Both the position numbers and the translations under genes were made by a program. A stretch of 62,225 nt of DNA, filler included, from Bipalium vagum (Eukaryota), in assembly GCA_037834085.1 (NCBI GenBank). It is 3 parts of 3 records of this genome, joined end to end, with 100 filler letters (N's around TTAATTAATTAA, not from the genome) between each part and the next. Parts side by side here need not be neighbours in the genome. Positions count along the whole stretch, not along the records: positions 18,715 to 43,567 come from JBBMKC010198498.1; positions 43,668 to 62,225 come from JBBMKC010025491.1; 1 more part is not named here. One strand, given 5' to 3'. Of the stretch, positions 40,301-51,633 are shown piece by piece (position 1 is the stretch's first letter; the number at the start of each line of letters is the position of its first letter). The notes under the pieces are model-generated. The model worked only from the letters and a program-made list of their open reading frames with translations. It did no database searches and was not told the DNA's origin.

Positions 40301-42249
40301 TATTTTCTGGTGATAAGGTGTAAGAGACAATGACAGCAACCTATCCTCACCTCCAAACCTTTGTAAAAGGGATATTCATGAATGGATGAATGCAAGTGAT
40401 TATTCCCAAGACTCTTCAGATTGCTTTTAGCACTTGATGATCCATCAACCTTTCTAAAATTTTCAGTTTCATTTTGGGATCTGGTTCTGGATGTTACCAA
40501 GCTCCTTCACTATCATTCACCTTTTAAATTTTTATAATTTTATTTGCTTGAACAAAATGTTTGTTTTATTTTTTGTGACAAGATTCAAATTAATATTTGA
40601 AAAATTTTATTATCAAAAGTTATAAATTTTTAACAAATAATAATAATAGAAAATAAATGTATCACAAATTTAAAAAACATAACTAATGAACTTTTTAAAA
40701 GGTTCAAAATGTTCAATAATACTGAGCATATTCGTCACATTATTCTTTTTATTTTTCAAAAGAAAAAATCCGAACCAAAATATAAAAGAAAGTATGTGCA
40801 CTTTATGGAAAGGATGCTGTGAGTGATAGAAATTGTTACATTTGAAGATTTTTACCCAGTAAAATGATTATTTATAAAAAAATATTAAAAGTAAAAGTCC
40901 TGATTAAATCCTAAAGAATCTCAAATACATCAACCATAAGCACGTCTGTATTCCTAAAAATGTTATTTTTAGCTTGATTGCACATATTAGCTTCATTGCC
41001 TTTGAACATAAACTCAATCTATCGCCTGTTCTTATCAAAAACAAGTTCTAGCAACTCTTTAGTATGATACAATATTATTAGATGGCCAAAAAAGTTCTTG
41101 ACAGTTTTTAAAAAAATTAACCAACATTTTTAATCTTAGATATATTTGTTCATTAAAATATGATCCATCACATTTTATAACTTTATCTCAAAGATTTTAC
41201 AACTTGGTAATTCTATTTTCATGAAAATCTTTTTTCTAACTGAGGAAGAAATTGGATACTTACTTTTAGATTCAATTTCTTTTGTGAGCTTATTTTTCCT
41301 CAAATACTTATCAATATTAAAAATAAATGAAATCTGCTGACAAGAGATCAGATGAATATGGTGAATGTCACATGATCTCCCACCCAAATTTTATTATCTT
41401 GTTCATAGTTTTTTTTACATGTTGTCGAACATTGTCTTGAATAAATAGAGTCGTAATTCTGTTCACTAACACCAGCTATTTTCTAACAATTTTTCATGAA
41501 CTTTTTCTAATTGAGCACAGTAGATGTCAGTGGTTACTTTTCCTTCGGTTTTAGAAATCCTGGTGAATTATTCCTACACAAGTCCACCAAACGCATTTTT
41601 CTGGAATATTCCAGCCTTTGGAACTTGTGATAAAGGATTCGTATGAGATAACAAATGCTGTTTTCTCTTTGGTTTAGAAAACATTACCCATTTTTCATCG
41701 TATGTCAGTATTTTATCATAAAATGGCTTGACTTTTAGCCGATATAGATGTTATATATACCGTAATTTTCTCCTAGGAAAATAATTATATTTTTATATAC
41801 AAAAAGCTCATTATGTTTCAAAGATAATTTATAGTGCAGAATGAATAGAAGAAGTTATTTTTTAATAAATATACATAAATCATAAGTTTTCTTTTGTGTA
41901 GTGTTAATTCAAATCTCCACTCCCTCTCGGTATATGCCGGTATTTCAGAAGGAGGAAAGGAAGAGTGGAATTTTATCTTTAACTACTTTAGAACCACTAC
42001 AGATATGGAACTTCAGCGGACTTTCCGTAAAGCTCTTGCAAGGACTAGAGATATTAATCTCATTAATAAGTATAACTTTTATTATAATTTTTTTCTAAAT
42101 TTGTTGATTCACAGATTATTGTATACAATGATCAAGAAATACAATATCCAAGATGTCATTTCTACATTATACGATATCTCTTATGGACAGAATGTTGGAG
42201 TCGATCAAGCTTGGCTCTTCCTACAAAGAAATTGGAATTATTTCGAAAA
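19341..42249 (+). CDS. M1 family zinc aminopeptidase (aminopeptidase N / ERAP-like), partial: 15 internal exons, 5' and 3' ends absent
   Basis: Phase-consistent exons 19341-19479, 19520-19663, 22163-22283, 24151-24305, 26451-26564, 29959-30093, 30140-30271, 32165-32376, 33654-33733, 33787-33973, 34031-34181, 38953-39038, 39084-39188, 41902-42069, 42115-42249. Motifs [51 protein letters not shown]...LWLNEGFA (HExxH-18-E), [24 protein letters not shown]. Confidence 0.95.
19920..20460 (+). mobile_element. Internally deleted Mos1-like mariner remnant (intronic)
   Basis: [11 protein letters not shown] start, [41 protein letters not shown]. Confidence 0.85.
20740..21100 (+). mobile_element. Short decayed mariner fragment
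   Basis: VPHAL (WVPHEL-like) followed by LKSGKTIT-type sequence; multiple frameshifts. Confidence 0.45.
21640..21900 (-). mobile_element. DD37D/DD41D-type transposase 3' fragment
   Basis: Minus strand [16 protein letters not shown] (the [14 protein letters not shown] motif); downstream [10 protein letters not shown] and CAFNRKNII resemble the C-terminus. Confidence 0.7.
22847..23480 (-). mobile_element. Tc1-type (DDxE) element 3' half with TIR
   Basis: TA then CACTACCGATCAAAAGTATTAGG (Tc1-like TIR); minus strand [42 protein letters not shown]. Confidence 0.85.
26700..27030 (+). mobile_element. Decayed mariner 3' fragment
   Basis: THLLYSP...DFQLSRSF resembles PHPPYSPDLAPSDFHLFRSL. Confidence 0.45.
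30720..31500 (+). mobile_element. Degenerate mariner remnant (intronic)
   Basis: [22 protein letters not shown] (RIVTGDEKWI), [40 protein letters not shown]. Confidence 0.8.
32930..33575 (+). mobile_element. DD37E-like (ITmD37E-type) transposase remnant
   Basis: [60 protein letters not shown]; the NPPNxPxxRPIE motif is typical of DD37E-type elements rather than mariner or Tc1. Confidence 0.65.
37593..37613. repeat. (TA)n microsatellite
   Basis: About 10 TA units inside the outer mariner. Confidence 0.85.
37664..38794 (-). mobile_element. Inner mariner element (different TIR family), defective
   Basis: TIRs TATCAGGTAACGAACTA(A/G)GTTTT(C/T)T(C/T)GTTTTTT at both ends, flanked by TA; transposase [76 protein letters not shown]. 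5' UTR/ATG deleted; frameshifts. Confidence 0.9.
40700..40850 (+). mobile_element. Mariner 5' fragment
   Basis: [14 protein letters not shown] and [12 protein letters not shown] match the mariner N-terminal HTH. Confidence 0.65.
41077..41750 (-). mobile_element. Mariner 3' half with TIR
   Basis: TA-TTAGATGGCCAAAAAAGTTCTTGACAG TIR; minus strand [45 protein letters not shown]. Confidence 0.8.
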
Positions 42250-43427
42250 GTATTTATTAAACATTTTTAACAATATTTGTTCCTTTAATTTATTAAAAAT
42301 GGGTTTTTCGTTTCAAAATCCTTCGTTTATACTTAATCCGAAAACGGTATTCAACGTAAAGATTGTTTTTCAGTTTTTCTTGCCAAATTTTCTATAATAA
42401 CCGGTCGATTAGGAGAGGCGCAACGAAGTTGATTTTTTAAAATTTTCATGGTTTTTTGTTAAGATTTTTGGATTTTATAAATTTCATCCTTGAAAAAAAT
42501 AATTCGCGAATATAATTTGTTCTCATGGCTGTTATAATGCTGAATTTCATTTTTTTTAAATTAGGGAAATAATTTTCTCAATATATGGTTTTGATAGAAT
42601 TCCAAATTGTTGGTTCATTTAAAAATGTATTTCAAATCAATACACAATCGATTCAAATTGCACATTTTCCGCAGCCGATTCTATATGTGATTCAAAAGAA
42701 TATATAAAAGTATTGAAAATTTGCTACTCCTTGTTTTCTTCAATAATTCATTTCTTCTTTATGGACATTGAATAAGACCTAACAATAAAATAATAAAAGA
42801 AAGCAAAATTTACTTGTTTAATATTAAAATTTAATTAATAATTAAAAAATTTAATTTTCGTTAAAATATAAAATTAGGCATGTCAAATTTTGTTTTTTAA
42901 TATTTTTTTATTTTTATTTTTATTTTTATTTTTATTTATAATTAACATTTGCAAATTTTTAATTACAAAAAAAAACAAAATGACATTTTACAAAAGCAAA
43001 ATTAATTGTTAAATGCTTAAATGAAAGTTAAACCCTGTATGAATTTTAAATTTTTAAAACTTATAAAACTAAAATACTTAAATAAAATCCGTCTTAAGCA
43101 TTAATATTAACTAATGTACATTAGCAAATATTAAGAAAAAATATTTTTGAAATAAAATTTTAATTTTAAAAATTAACTTTAAACAAGCATCCTTAGAGAA
43201 AATTGCTAATTTTTAAATTTTTAAAATATTTTCTATAATCTTGAAAAGGGTCGTAAAAAAATTTCAAATGGTACGCATATTGGAGATCGCTGATTTAAAC
43301 AAACCAAATATCATACCAAACTAAGATTGAGATCATTCTAATCTATATTTTATTTAATTACAACATAAAAGTCTTAAATAGTTAATTTAATGAAGATTTT
43401 TTTGTATTTTGTATTTGATGCAATATA

Positions 43428-43567
43428 CAGTCCTTGTAAAAAGTTTGTTCACCCCCTATAGAATATACAAAATTAATGGAAATGAATAAATTAAAACTCG
43501 AAATTTATTAAATAAATAGGTATTTAATATTTAGTGGGATATCCTTTTGATTTTTGGACCAATACTA
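43428..43567 (-). mobile_element. Tc1 element 3' end truncated by contig end
   Basis: TA-CAGTCCTTGTAAAAAGTTTGTTCACCCC TIR; minus strand ends SKGYPTKY-stop, the classic Tc1 C-terminus. Confidence 0.8.
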
Positions 43568-43667
43568 NNNNNNNNNNNNNNNNNNNNNNNNNNNNNNNNN
43601 NNNNNNNNNNNTTAATTAATTAANNNNNNNNNNNNNNNNNNNNNNNNNNNNNNNNNNNNNNNNNNNN
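43568..43667. other. Artificial assembly spacer (44 N + TTAATTAATTAA + 44 N)
   Basis: Identical layout to 18615-18714. Confidence 0.97.
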
Positions 43668-45650
43668 AAATCGGGATATTCAATTAATACATATAAATTT
43701 ACTATTTTTTCTTAATTTTTAAATAATATTTAATTAATTTATATTTTTAAAAGGCGCGAAACATTCATTGAAGGAAAAAATATGATTTTTTCAATTTTTC
43801 TTACAGTTATATAAGTTTATTTTATGAAGAAAAAAATATTAAAATTTCCATTTATACAAATCACAAATTCCAATCAAAATTTAACTGTCACATTGACAGA
43901 TTTGATGGGATTATTGTAAGTCTTCTTCCTTTTTTCTTCATAAATACAAAAAATGGATACCTTTTAAATTTTTTTTATTAACAATAAGTAGTTAATTTGG
44001 GATTTGTTTTCTGATTGAGAAAAGAAACTGAACCAACTAATTTTGATCTTGATTATGTAAAGGACTAAGATCATTCATGGAGTATTAGATAACTTCCTAC
44101 TCTGAGATCTGTGCTCGTTAATATTAAAAGATAAATAACAATAAAAAATTAGAAAATAAAGAAAATAAAACAAAAATAAGAAACCGACAGGGAAATGTTT
44201 AAATAAAAATTAATTTTCGTGTTACACTTATCTTTCTCCAACGTATATATAAAAGTGCCAGAATCCCTTCATGAACTCATATATGGATTCATGATTTAAA
44301 ATGAGATTATTTTTCTAAGAATTTTGATATTGTTCGAATATAAATAAATAATATTAATTTATTATTTCAATTTTTCCATCTCTCTTACAAATGTTATTAC
44401 CCTTTCTTTTGTTCTATAAGAAACTTCGCAAGATCCCCCAATCTTGTCTGGATGTAAGCTGCTTCAGCATCGAAAAACAAATAGTCGGTGGTCGAGATGT
44501 TCTCATGGCAAAATAAAAAGATACGTATGACACAAAACCCAAAGCCATTTTGATATTTTAAGTGACCTAAGTAAAATACCACAGAAATATCTTAAATAAA
44601 ATATTATCTAAAAGAACCTGACTTCAATGGATATTAATTAAGTCTAATAATGAAGACTCTACATACACCAATGAAAACAACAATTTTAAAATTATTTGAA
44701 GGAATTCATTTCTTGTAAAGAATTTACGGATTATTAAAACAAAAACTTTGATTTTATAAAGTGTCTTTTGTTCACTATTACTATTCTGGCAATAAGAAAA
44801 CTATAAACTTGAACCTCAACTTTTAAAACCAAAAATAAAGTTTTCTACTGTTAAAGTTTACTATTGATCTTGAAAGATCAATAGTTTTCGTCAGAAGGAA
44901 ATCTCAACTAGTTAAGTGTCCTCTATTTAGATTTATTGACACGAACAAAGTGTACTCAGAGCATTAGATTTAATACCTCTGCAGCATAGTTCCAACTACG
45001 CCCTATGAGCCAATATCGACCCGGGAATTTATTCTTCGTGACCAACGTATATTCATGAATTATCGGGGTTATTAGCAATTAGTTAGACACATCTTTACAA
45101 TTCTCCTCGAAAGAGAAGCTTTTTTATCACTTTTTAACTTGGCAATAGATGTTCAATTGACGACTACTCTAAGCACACCTTTCTTATCTTTCATTATGGC
45201 ACCTTAATCCAGAACCTTGTTAACTAGTTTGATTAATCTATCTAAGATATCATAGCATGCCCAAGTAAATTCGATTTCTTTACCGATCTCTTTGTGGTGC
45301 ATATCGAAATGGTTTTTCAAGATTTGCAGCACGAACTGATCAATTTTCAGAAAGATAACATTTTCAAGAAAAATTTGAATAAATTTCAAAATTGTTTACT
45401 GGTCAACATCTATGGTCTGCTCTCGAAAGATCGATTCCTTGTACTGACCAAAAATGTCTTTCACACGAGTTCTTTATTCGGACCTACTTACCTATTTGAG
45501 CACATATCAGCAACATAAGAGAAAATCTAATGAATGAGCATCTACAATCTTTAACTCAGCTGTCTATCTTAAAACCAACTTCTGATTACAGTTCCCTTGT
45601 ATATGATATGAGTCAGTACCACATCTCACATTTGCGATTTCACTGGAAAC

Positions 45651-46760
45651 TATTAGGTCGTTCTATAAGTCCTTATTGAAAAAATAAGTAAAACAAAAAT
45701 GTATTTCATAAAAGCACACAAATACTTTAATAAATTATATAATGTCTATCGTTATTAACTATGGTCTGCAAGCGTTCAGGTTGAAGTTTGATTCCGTGCT
45801 TGAAAAAATATTTTCCCTTTCGGTGAAATACGGGGAGATGGCATTTTTGATCTAGCATTTGTCACTGAAAATCTTTCTCGTCAAAAAGTGATGCAATGAT
45901 CTGAACATGCCATATTTGGACTGTGTGGTGGGTGAGTCTGGCTGTTTTAGATGTGTGGGGCTTTGCGTTATGTTTTTGCAGAATAAAACTTTTTCGGTTG
46001 AGAAGAAATTGTATCGTGCTTATCGGTTTATCAAGTAGTCGACCTAATTGATAACATAAAACATCACTGATAATAATTTTATCCATATCCAGAAGCTCCA
46101 GATATATTATATATTCTACCATCTAACTACTGTTTTCGGTCAATATTGTAATAAAGAACCAATTTCTCATCACATACTATAATCCTTTCTAGAAATAGGT
46201 CTAAATCATAACGAGCGAACAGGGACGTAAAAAGTTTTATTCAATTTAAAAGTTGTTGTTCACTTAAAGGATGTGTAACCCATTTATCGCACTTAAAAAT
46301 ATTTTCGATTGTAGTCAAATGTCAATAAACAGTGGTTTCGAAATATCCATGAGTTTGGCAAATTCCAATCTCCTTTGACGGAGAACGTCTGGAACAAGTG
46401 CTTTTAGGTATTCCTTATTTGTTTCGCTGGATAGACCCGATCTTGACTTGTCCTAAAGATCTTAATTTTGATCTCGAAATTCTCTTAACTATTTTTCACA
46501 TGTACTTATATATGGATGATCGACCAGTGTTATGTACAGCTTGCGCTTAATAGGCATTTAAAATCATATATAACATCACTAATCATTTCTTTTGTAAAGA
46601 CCATCACTAAAAATAATAATTAATTAAGTTTGTATAAAAAATCATTGGACACCAATAATATAATTATGAATGATTGGCTAATCAATAAATAAAATAGATG
46701 TAGAAAAACAGCACTAAATAATATTCAATGAACAACCGTAGAATTAAGGAACGACCTGAT
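45651..46760 (-). mobile_element. Degenerate near-full-length mariner
   Basis: Diverged TIRs TATTAGGTCGTTC.. and ..GAACGACCTGATA; minus strand MVFTKEMISDVI, KSRSGLSS, KWVTH, EKLVLY, IIYLELL, FILQKHNAKPHTSK. Confidence 0.75.
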
Positions 46761-47354
46761 ATTTATTTGATAAGCATTCATTTCTGCGGAGTTGTCCAAT
46801 ATAGTAGTGATGTTCCAATATTTGACAAAATAAATTTTATCACTGAAAAATAATTTAACTTTTTGAATTTGTTCTCAATTTACTTATATTGTTATATTAA
46901 CGAAAGATTATTGTCAGACAAGTGCAGAGATTGTATAATAATTGGTTGATCACATTAATTTCATTGAAGGTATAATATGGAGTAAGGGAAACTTTGTTAG
47001 ATTTTGATGGATTATTCTGAGAGAGGCCTAGAGACATTCCAGGTATAATATATAGTTATATTTTTAATTGAACACTTATTTTTAAAGAATAGTATTATAC
47101 ATCTTAATAAGGAGCCATAACACTGACTTCATTTAAGCTAAGCGAAAAAAACTAATAATTTGATGTTCCTCGTATTTTTTACACTTTTTCATTTTGAATC
47201 TACATATTCTGACAATCTGAGCAGATCAGAAAATGGTTAGAATAAGAATAAAATAATTAAAATCAATAAGTTATATTATTTAAAAAGTTGCAAAACAATA
47301 CAAAATTGTCACTTTCTATTGATCCTTGTCTAGACCAACATGTAAAAGGTTCGA

Positions 47355-48446
47355 CTAAAGAATACTATGGGAACATGTCCACTGGATCTCTACGTTAGGA
47401 AGGAACAATCGATTGTCAATGGTCATTTTACTTTTTCTGTCTTTATTACATTTACCACGACAGAATGTTACGATGAACACCTTTCTGAACTGCTTCGACA
47501 TCGTTGTATATAAAATAAAATTTATGGACTCATTTGCAAGTGTTAGGAAATCTATTAAATCTCCCAGAGTTGTATAAATGTTCAAGAAGGATGGTGAAAA
47601 GTAACTTCCCAACATTAATATTCCATGGGGCAATTCAACAATTAGAAATAGGATAACTACCATTAGCAGCATCAGGGTAACCCTGTTTTCTCTTTTTCTG
47701 TTTTGGGAATCTGAGCGAGAGATTAATTTCTTTCTCAGTCTCCCAATCTGTTGCATTTTCAGTATCAACAAAATAGTCAATACCGAAAGAGTGAGACTTG
47801 GGACTATTTTGAAAATCATTGACTGTATCCAAAAATTGATGTCTAAAACGTTAATGGAGATAATTTCATAAAATACATAAATCTGTTTCGTGTTATTGAT
47901 GAAGTAATACGCTGTACATTTACTGACCTGGTTGATCAACATGTTTGGAATTGTAAAAATTAGGCTGGAAATATTAATGAAAGCAATAAACAATGTTGTG
48001 TTCTTAATGTTTGCCAGCTGGGGACCTTTGGTTGGTAAAGTGAGGTGGAGGTATCGTATTAGGGCTAAGAGAACCGTGAACCATACTGCAGCCGCATGTG
48101 AAATAAGTACAAAGCTGATTATGATCAATTGATAATATGCCCAAATTTTGTTAGTGGTCACTGTGAAAATTGGCAAGATAATGTTGTTAAAGATGTAGTA
48201 ATGGGAAACACTTGGCAAATAGGCTACCATTGTCATGAGATCAGCTATTGCCAACCATTTCAGAACCCAATTTGTAGGACTTCTCATTGAACGTTGAGAA
48301 AGAACTAAAATATTAGCAAAATTTGTCAGTATTCCTATGATACACATCGAAGCACAAGCAAATCCAAACAAATTGCTGAACGTCACTTTGACTATTCCAA
48401 CCTCAGAATAATTAGTGCTTATTGTATTACAATTGTGACTTAACAT
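47355..48446 (-). CDS. Rhodopsin-class peptide GPCR, myosuppressin receptor / dmsr-1 / sex-peptide-receptor-like group; intronless CDS, ~363 aa
   Basis: Seven hydrophobic segments; GILTNFANILVLSQRSMRSPTNWVLKWLAIADL, HAAAVWFTVLLALIRY, FKIVPSLTL, RVTLMLLMVVILFLIVELPHGIL, NESINFILYTTMSKQFR; N-terminal NxS sequon (NYS). First in-frame ATG at 48446 (the ORF track starts at an upstream TTG). Confidence 0.9.
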   Translation of the reverse strand: MLSHNCNTISTNYSEVGIVKVTFSNLFGFACASMCIIGILTNFANILVLSQRSMRSPTNWVLKWLAIADLMTMVAYLPSVSHYYIFNNIILPIFTVTTNKIWAYYQLIIISFVLISHAAAVWFTVLLALIRYLHLTLPTKGPQLANIKNTTLFIAFINISSLIFTIPNMLINQVSKCTAYYFINNTKQIYVFYEIISINVLDINFWIQSMIFKIVPSLTLSVLTILLILKMQQIGRLRKKLISRSDSQNRKRENRVTLMLLMVVILFLIVELPHGILMLGSYFSPSFLNIYTTLGDLIDFLTLANESINFILYTTMSKQFRKVFIVTFCRGKCNKDRKSKMTIDNRLFLPNVEIQWTCSHSIL

Positions 48447-49369
48447 TACGTTTTGTGACTTCAATGGAAGATTTCCACACTTTTTTCCTTTATAATACAA
48501 TCAAAGACTTTCTCTATTCGATATAATCAAATATTCATTCTAACCAATTAAAATAAAGTTAAATCATATTATTGTATTAATTAAAAGCCATAGATTTTTT
48601 ATTACTCCAAGATAATTATTTTATCATATTATTATGTGAAATAATAAATATAAAGCAAAGATATTTTAAGAAAAATTAAGTAATTTTTGGTTTTAATTTC
48701 TGATTTTTTACACTTTTGGTTAATACTTATTTTATAACAGTATGAATGAACCAATGTGGACTTATATTGTAAAATAATAATGTCTATTTTAACAAAAAAC
48801 CAAATATTTCAAATTAAACTTAAAAAGCATTATTACTCCATTCTCAAGTGACAATCGTTCGGAAAATAAAAATAATAAAAGACAATAAATTTAAAAAACA
48901 TTAAAGTGCCTTTGATAAATCAGGAAATATCAGTTTTATTTATGTACTCATTTTAAATTAGAAGGCACAACTTATTATTTTAATAAATTGTATCCGAAGT
49001 ATTTGATCCGTTGCTTAACCAATCTAATTTAATCAGATATCCATAAATTCAGTATTAATATTCAACAACCATCAGATCACAATGAAGTATGCTGTAAACA
49101 GTAATGCCCTAATTACAAGTGGGTGACACTGAAGAAGGATTAGACCTGAAGACTGAAGAGAGCTCTAGGGCCTCGACTCCATAAGCAGCCTGAAATTTTA
49201 ATTAAATTTTCTGTAGTAACTGCTTTACCTCTTTTCTCTGTTGAATACATTTCTATTTCATTATCATAAAAATTCTTTAAATGTCTTATTATAAAATTCT
49301 GATTTTGCAGTCCCTTTCTACACCCACCGAAATTTCTTTGAGATAAAGCTGGAATTACAATTAGCTTTA

Positions 49370-49704
49370 ATGGGGAACAGTATAATTCACTTTTGTTTAA
49401 CTATTTATGGCCAGCATTGAATGATATGGATGTGGATAATGTTTATTTCCAACAAGACGGTGCAACCTCTCACTTAACTCGAAAGAACATTAAACTTATA
49501 ATAAAAAATTTGTGATCGTTTAATTTACGATTCTTGAAAATTATGGTATAAATAAACAGCCTATAAACAATAAGTGAGCTAAGTGAAGATAATATTCGCA
49601 AGGAGTTCCGGACAAATCTTTAGAAACATGTGGAAATGTAATTAAAAATGTTGATTTTTGTGTTGATGCCTGCAGACAAGGCCTTGGTGGTCATTTGAAT
49701 AACA
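49370..49704 (+). mobile_element. DD41D/DD37D-type transposase 3' fragment
   Basis: LWPALNDMDVDNVYFQQDGATSH ... ACRQGLGGHLNN, internally deleted. Confidence 0.75.
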
Positions 49705-50680
49705 CAGTCAACCCTCGTTATAAGGAAGACATGGGTGAACTCGAAAAAACACCCTTATACCAGGGATACTAGGTATAATACAAGGTATATATACAACACT
49801 AGAATGAGTATTGACGGGGTACTATTCAAATCAACAATAAAACAAATTCACAAAATGAAAATCTAAGTGTTAAAAATCAAATTATAAAGTTAAAAATAAG
49901 CATTAGTATTTCATTTAAAGAAATTCAGTACAATAATTTTCTTGACCTTTGGTTGAGAATTTAAGATAATACTGTATTATAAATCTGTAAAAAGATCAAG
50001 TCTTTTTATCAAAATTTTTTCTAGACAAAGAAATAAATAGTTTGATAACTTGAAGAGAGTGCAGTACTTCTTTAAAAGTTGGATAATGTGATACTATTTC
50101 GATACTACATGTAATATTATCTTTATCGGAAGAACCTCCAGCTATATTATTAGAAGTGGTTATCATGTCAACTATATCTTCAACTTGTAGTTCTTGCCAG
50201 GCAGAGATGCTTTCGTCTATGGTGGTGTATTCAGATGCCATCATGGGATCTAAATACGTTTATTTGATCTATATTTCATTCTCTGGTAATGTAGAGTCTG
50301 AACTGGTTAAACCTATCAGATTTCAATAATGTAGAATTGTGGACGAGCTTATTTGATTCATGATGTCAAATAAGTTTGTATATCATTTAGAGATTTGTAA
50401 ATTAAATTAATCCAAGTATTATGTTTTTATTTTTCAATTATTACAGTTAATTGTAAAATATATGTTGTATTTTTCTGGTCATAGTGTATCTAGACAATCT
50501 AACATTTTACAGTATCTCACTCGCCTCCGAATATAATATTGAGACTACTTAATCCTTATACTTCTTGATTAACTCACCGTCAGAGAAAGACTTTCTTATT
50601 TTAAAAGAAAATGTCGAATATATAAGCCATCATTGTCGTCAGTCAAATCTCCCTCAAAAGCCAATGATTAGAAATACCAA
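49705..50680 (-). mobile_element. pogo/Tigger-like remnant
   Basis: TIR-like CAGTCAACCCTCGTTATAAGG at 49705; minus-strand acidic C-terminus EDIVDMIT...PTFKEVLHSLQVIKLF...NFFK-stop typical of Tigger/pogo; partner TIR not found. Confidence 0.6.
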
Positions 50681-51633
50681 TTAATGTCAACTAACGGTAA
50701 TTCTTAGATAAACGTGAAATCACAAGTTAAATCTTATCAGTTAAACCAAATAATAATAAATCTTGTTTTACGTTACCTCAATATTGAATTGCAGTGGTTA
50801 CACTTTTTCCTACATCTTTCTGTTTCTTTTTTATTGTTTTATGATTCGGCAAATTCTTAGGATACAGAATCTGAACGCTTTAGTTCTTAATGATCTCTTC
50901 TATTTCTTGTCCACGGGAATGAAACCAAATAATACATTAATTCATTAATTCATTAATATTTAATTGTTGAATCTGTGATAAATAGTCTGATTTAGCAATG
51001 AAAGTTATTAAATGAAAAGTTGATTATTTTATGATTTAAGATCTTATTGTATACACTTTCTCAGAAAATGAGTAAAAAGACAATCAGAGTTTAATTAGGT
51101 AACAGTTAAATTAATTAATTACGTTAAAGTCCAAGTACAGGTCCGAGAATAAAAATCGCCACAAAATATCATAATTTTGTGTTTGCAACCATATGCATGC
51201 CTTCGTGATGGGTGAAAACTATTTGTGGATGAATGAATTTAGATAATGTGTCTTGGTGGTATATTGTGTAATTTCCAAAACATGCATATGTTACGCAAAA
51301 TAATTCCGACGAAAAATAACCAAACCAATAAATCAAGGAACTCAACTGAATTTGTGGGAAATTCATTGAGGATTCCAACGTCTTTATACTAATCAGGCGA
51401 CTAATTACAACGTAGACAAATATTCTTATCTGGAACTTTTCAGTAAAATAGATCAGTGAACATTTACAGAATAGTAACTAAATTAATGAAAAAAAAACAT
51501 GAATGTTTAAAATACGGAGATATGTACAAGAGATAAATATAAAAATAAAAATATATGAATTCTAAATAAAACAATAAAAATCAGAAAATAGTCTGTAAAT
51601 ATAAACATGGAACATAAGTATTATATATTTGTA

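Noticed and set aside
39990-40500. ORF 40228..40500 as reverse transcriptase
   Set aside because: Only a faint resemblance (EVRIGCC versus GVRQGC); no YxDD or other RT motif in order.
46907-47042. Two possible plus-strand mini-exons (RQVQRLYNNWLITLISLK / ILMDYSERGLETFQ) with a 31-nt intron
   Set aside because: No partner exons and no match to the missing aminopeptidase C-terminus; it resembles a decayed mariner C-terminus equally well.
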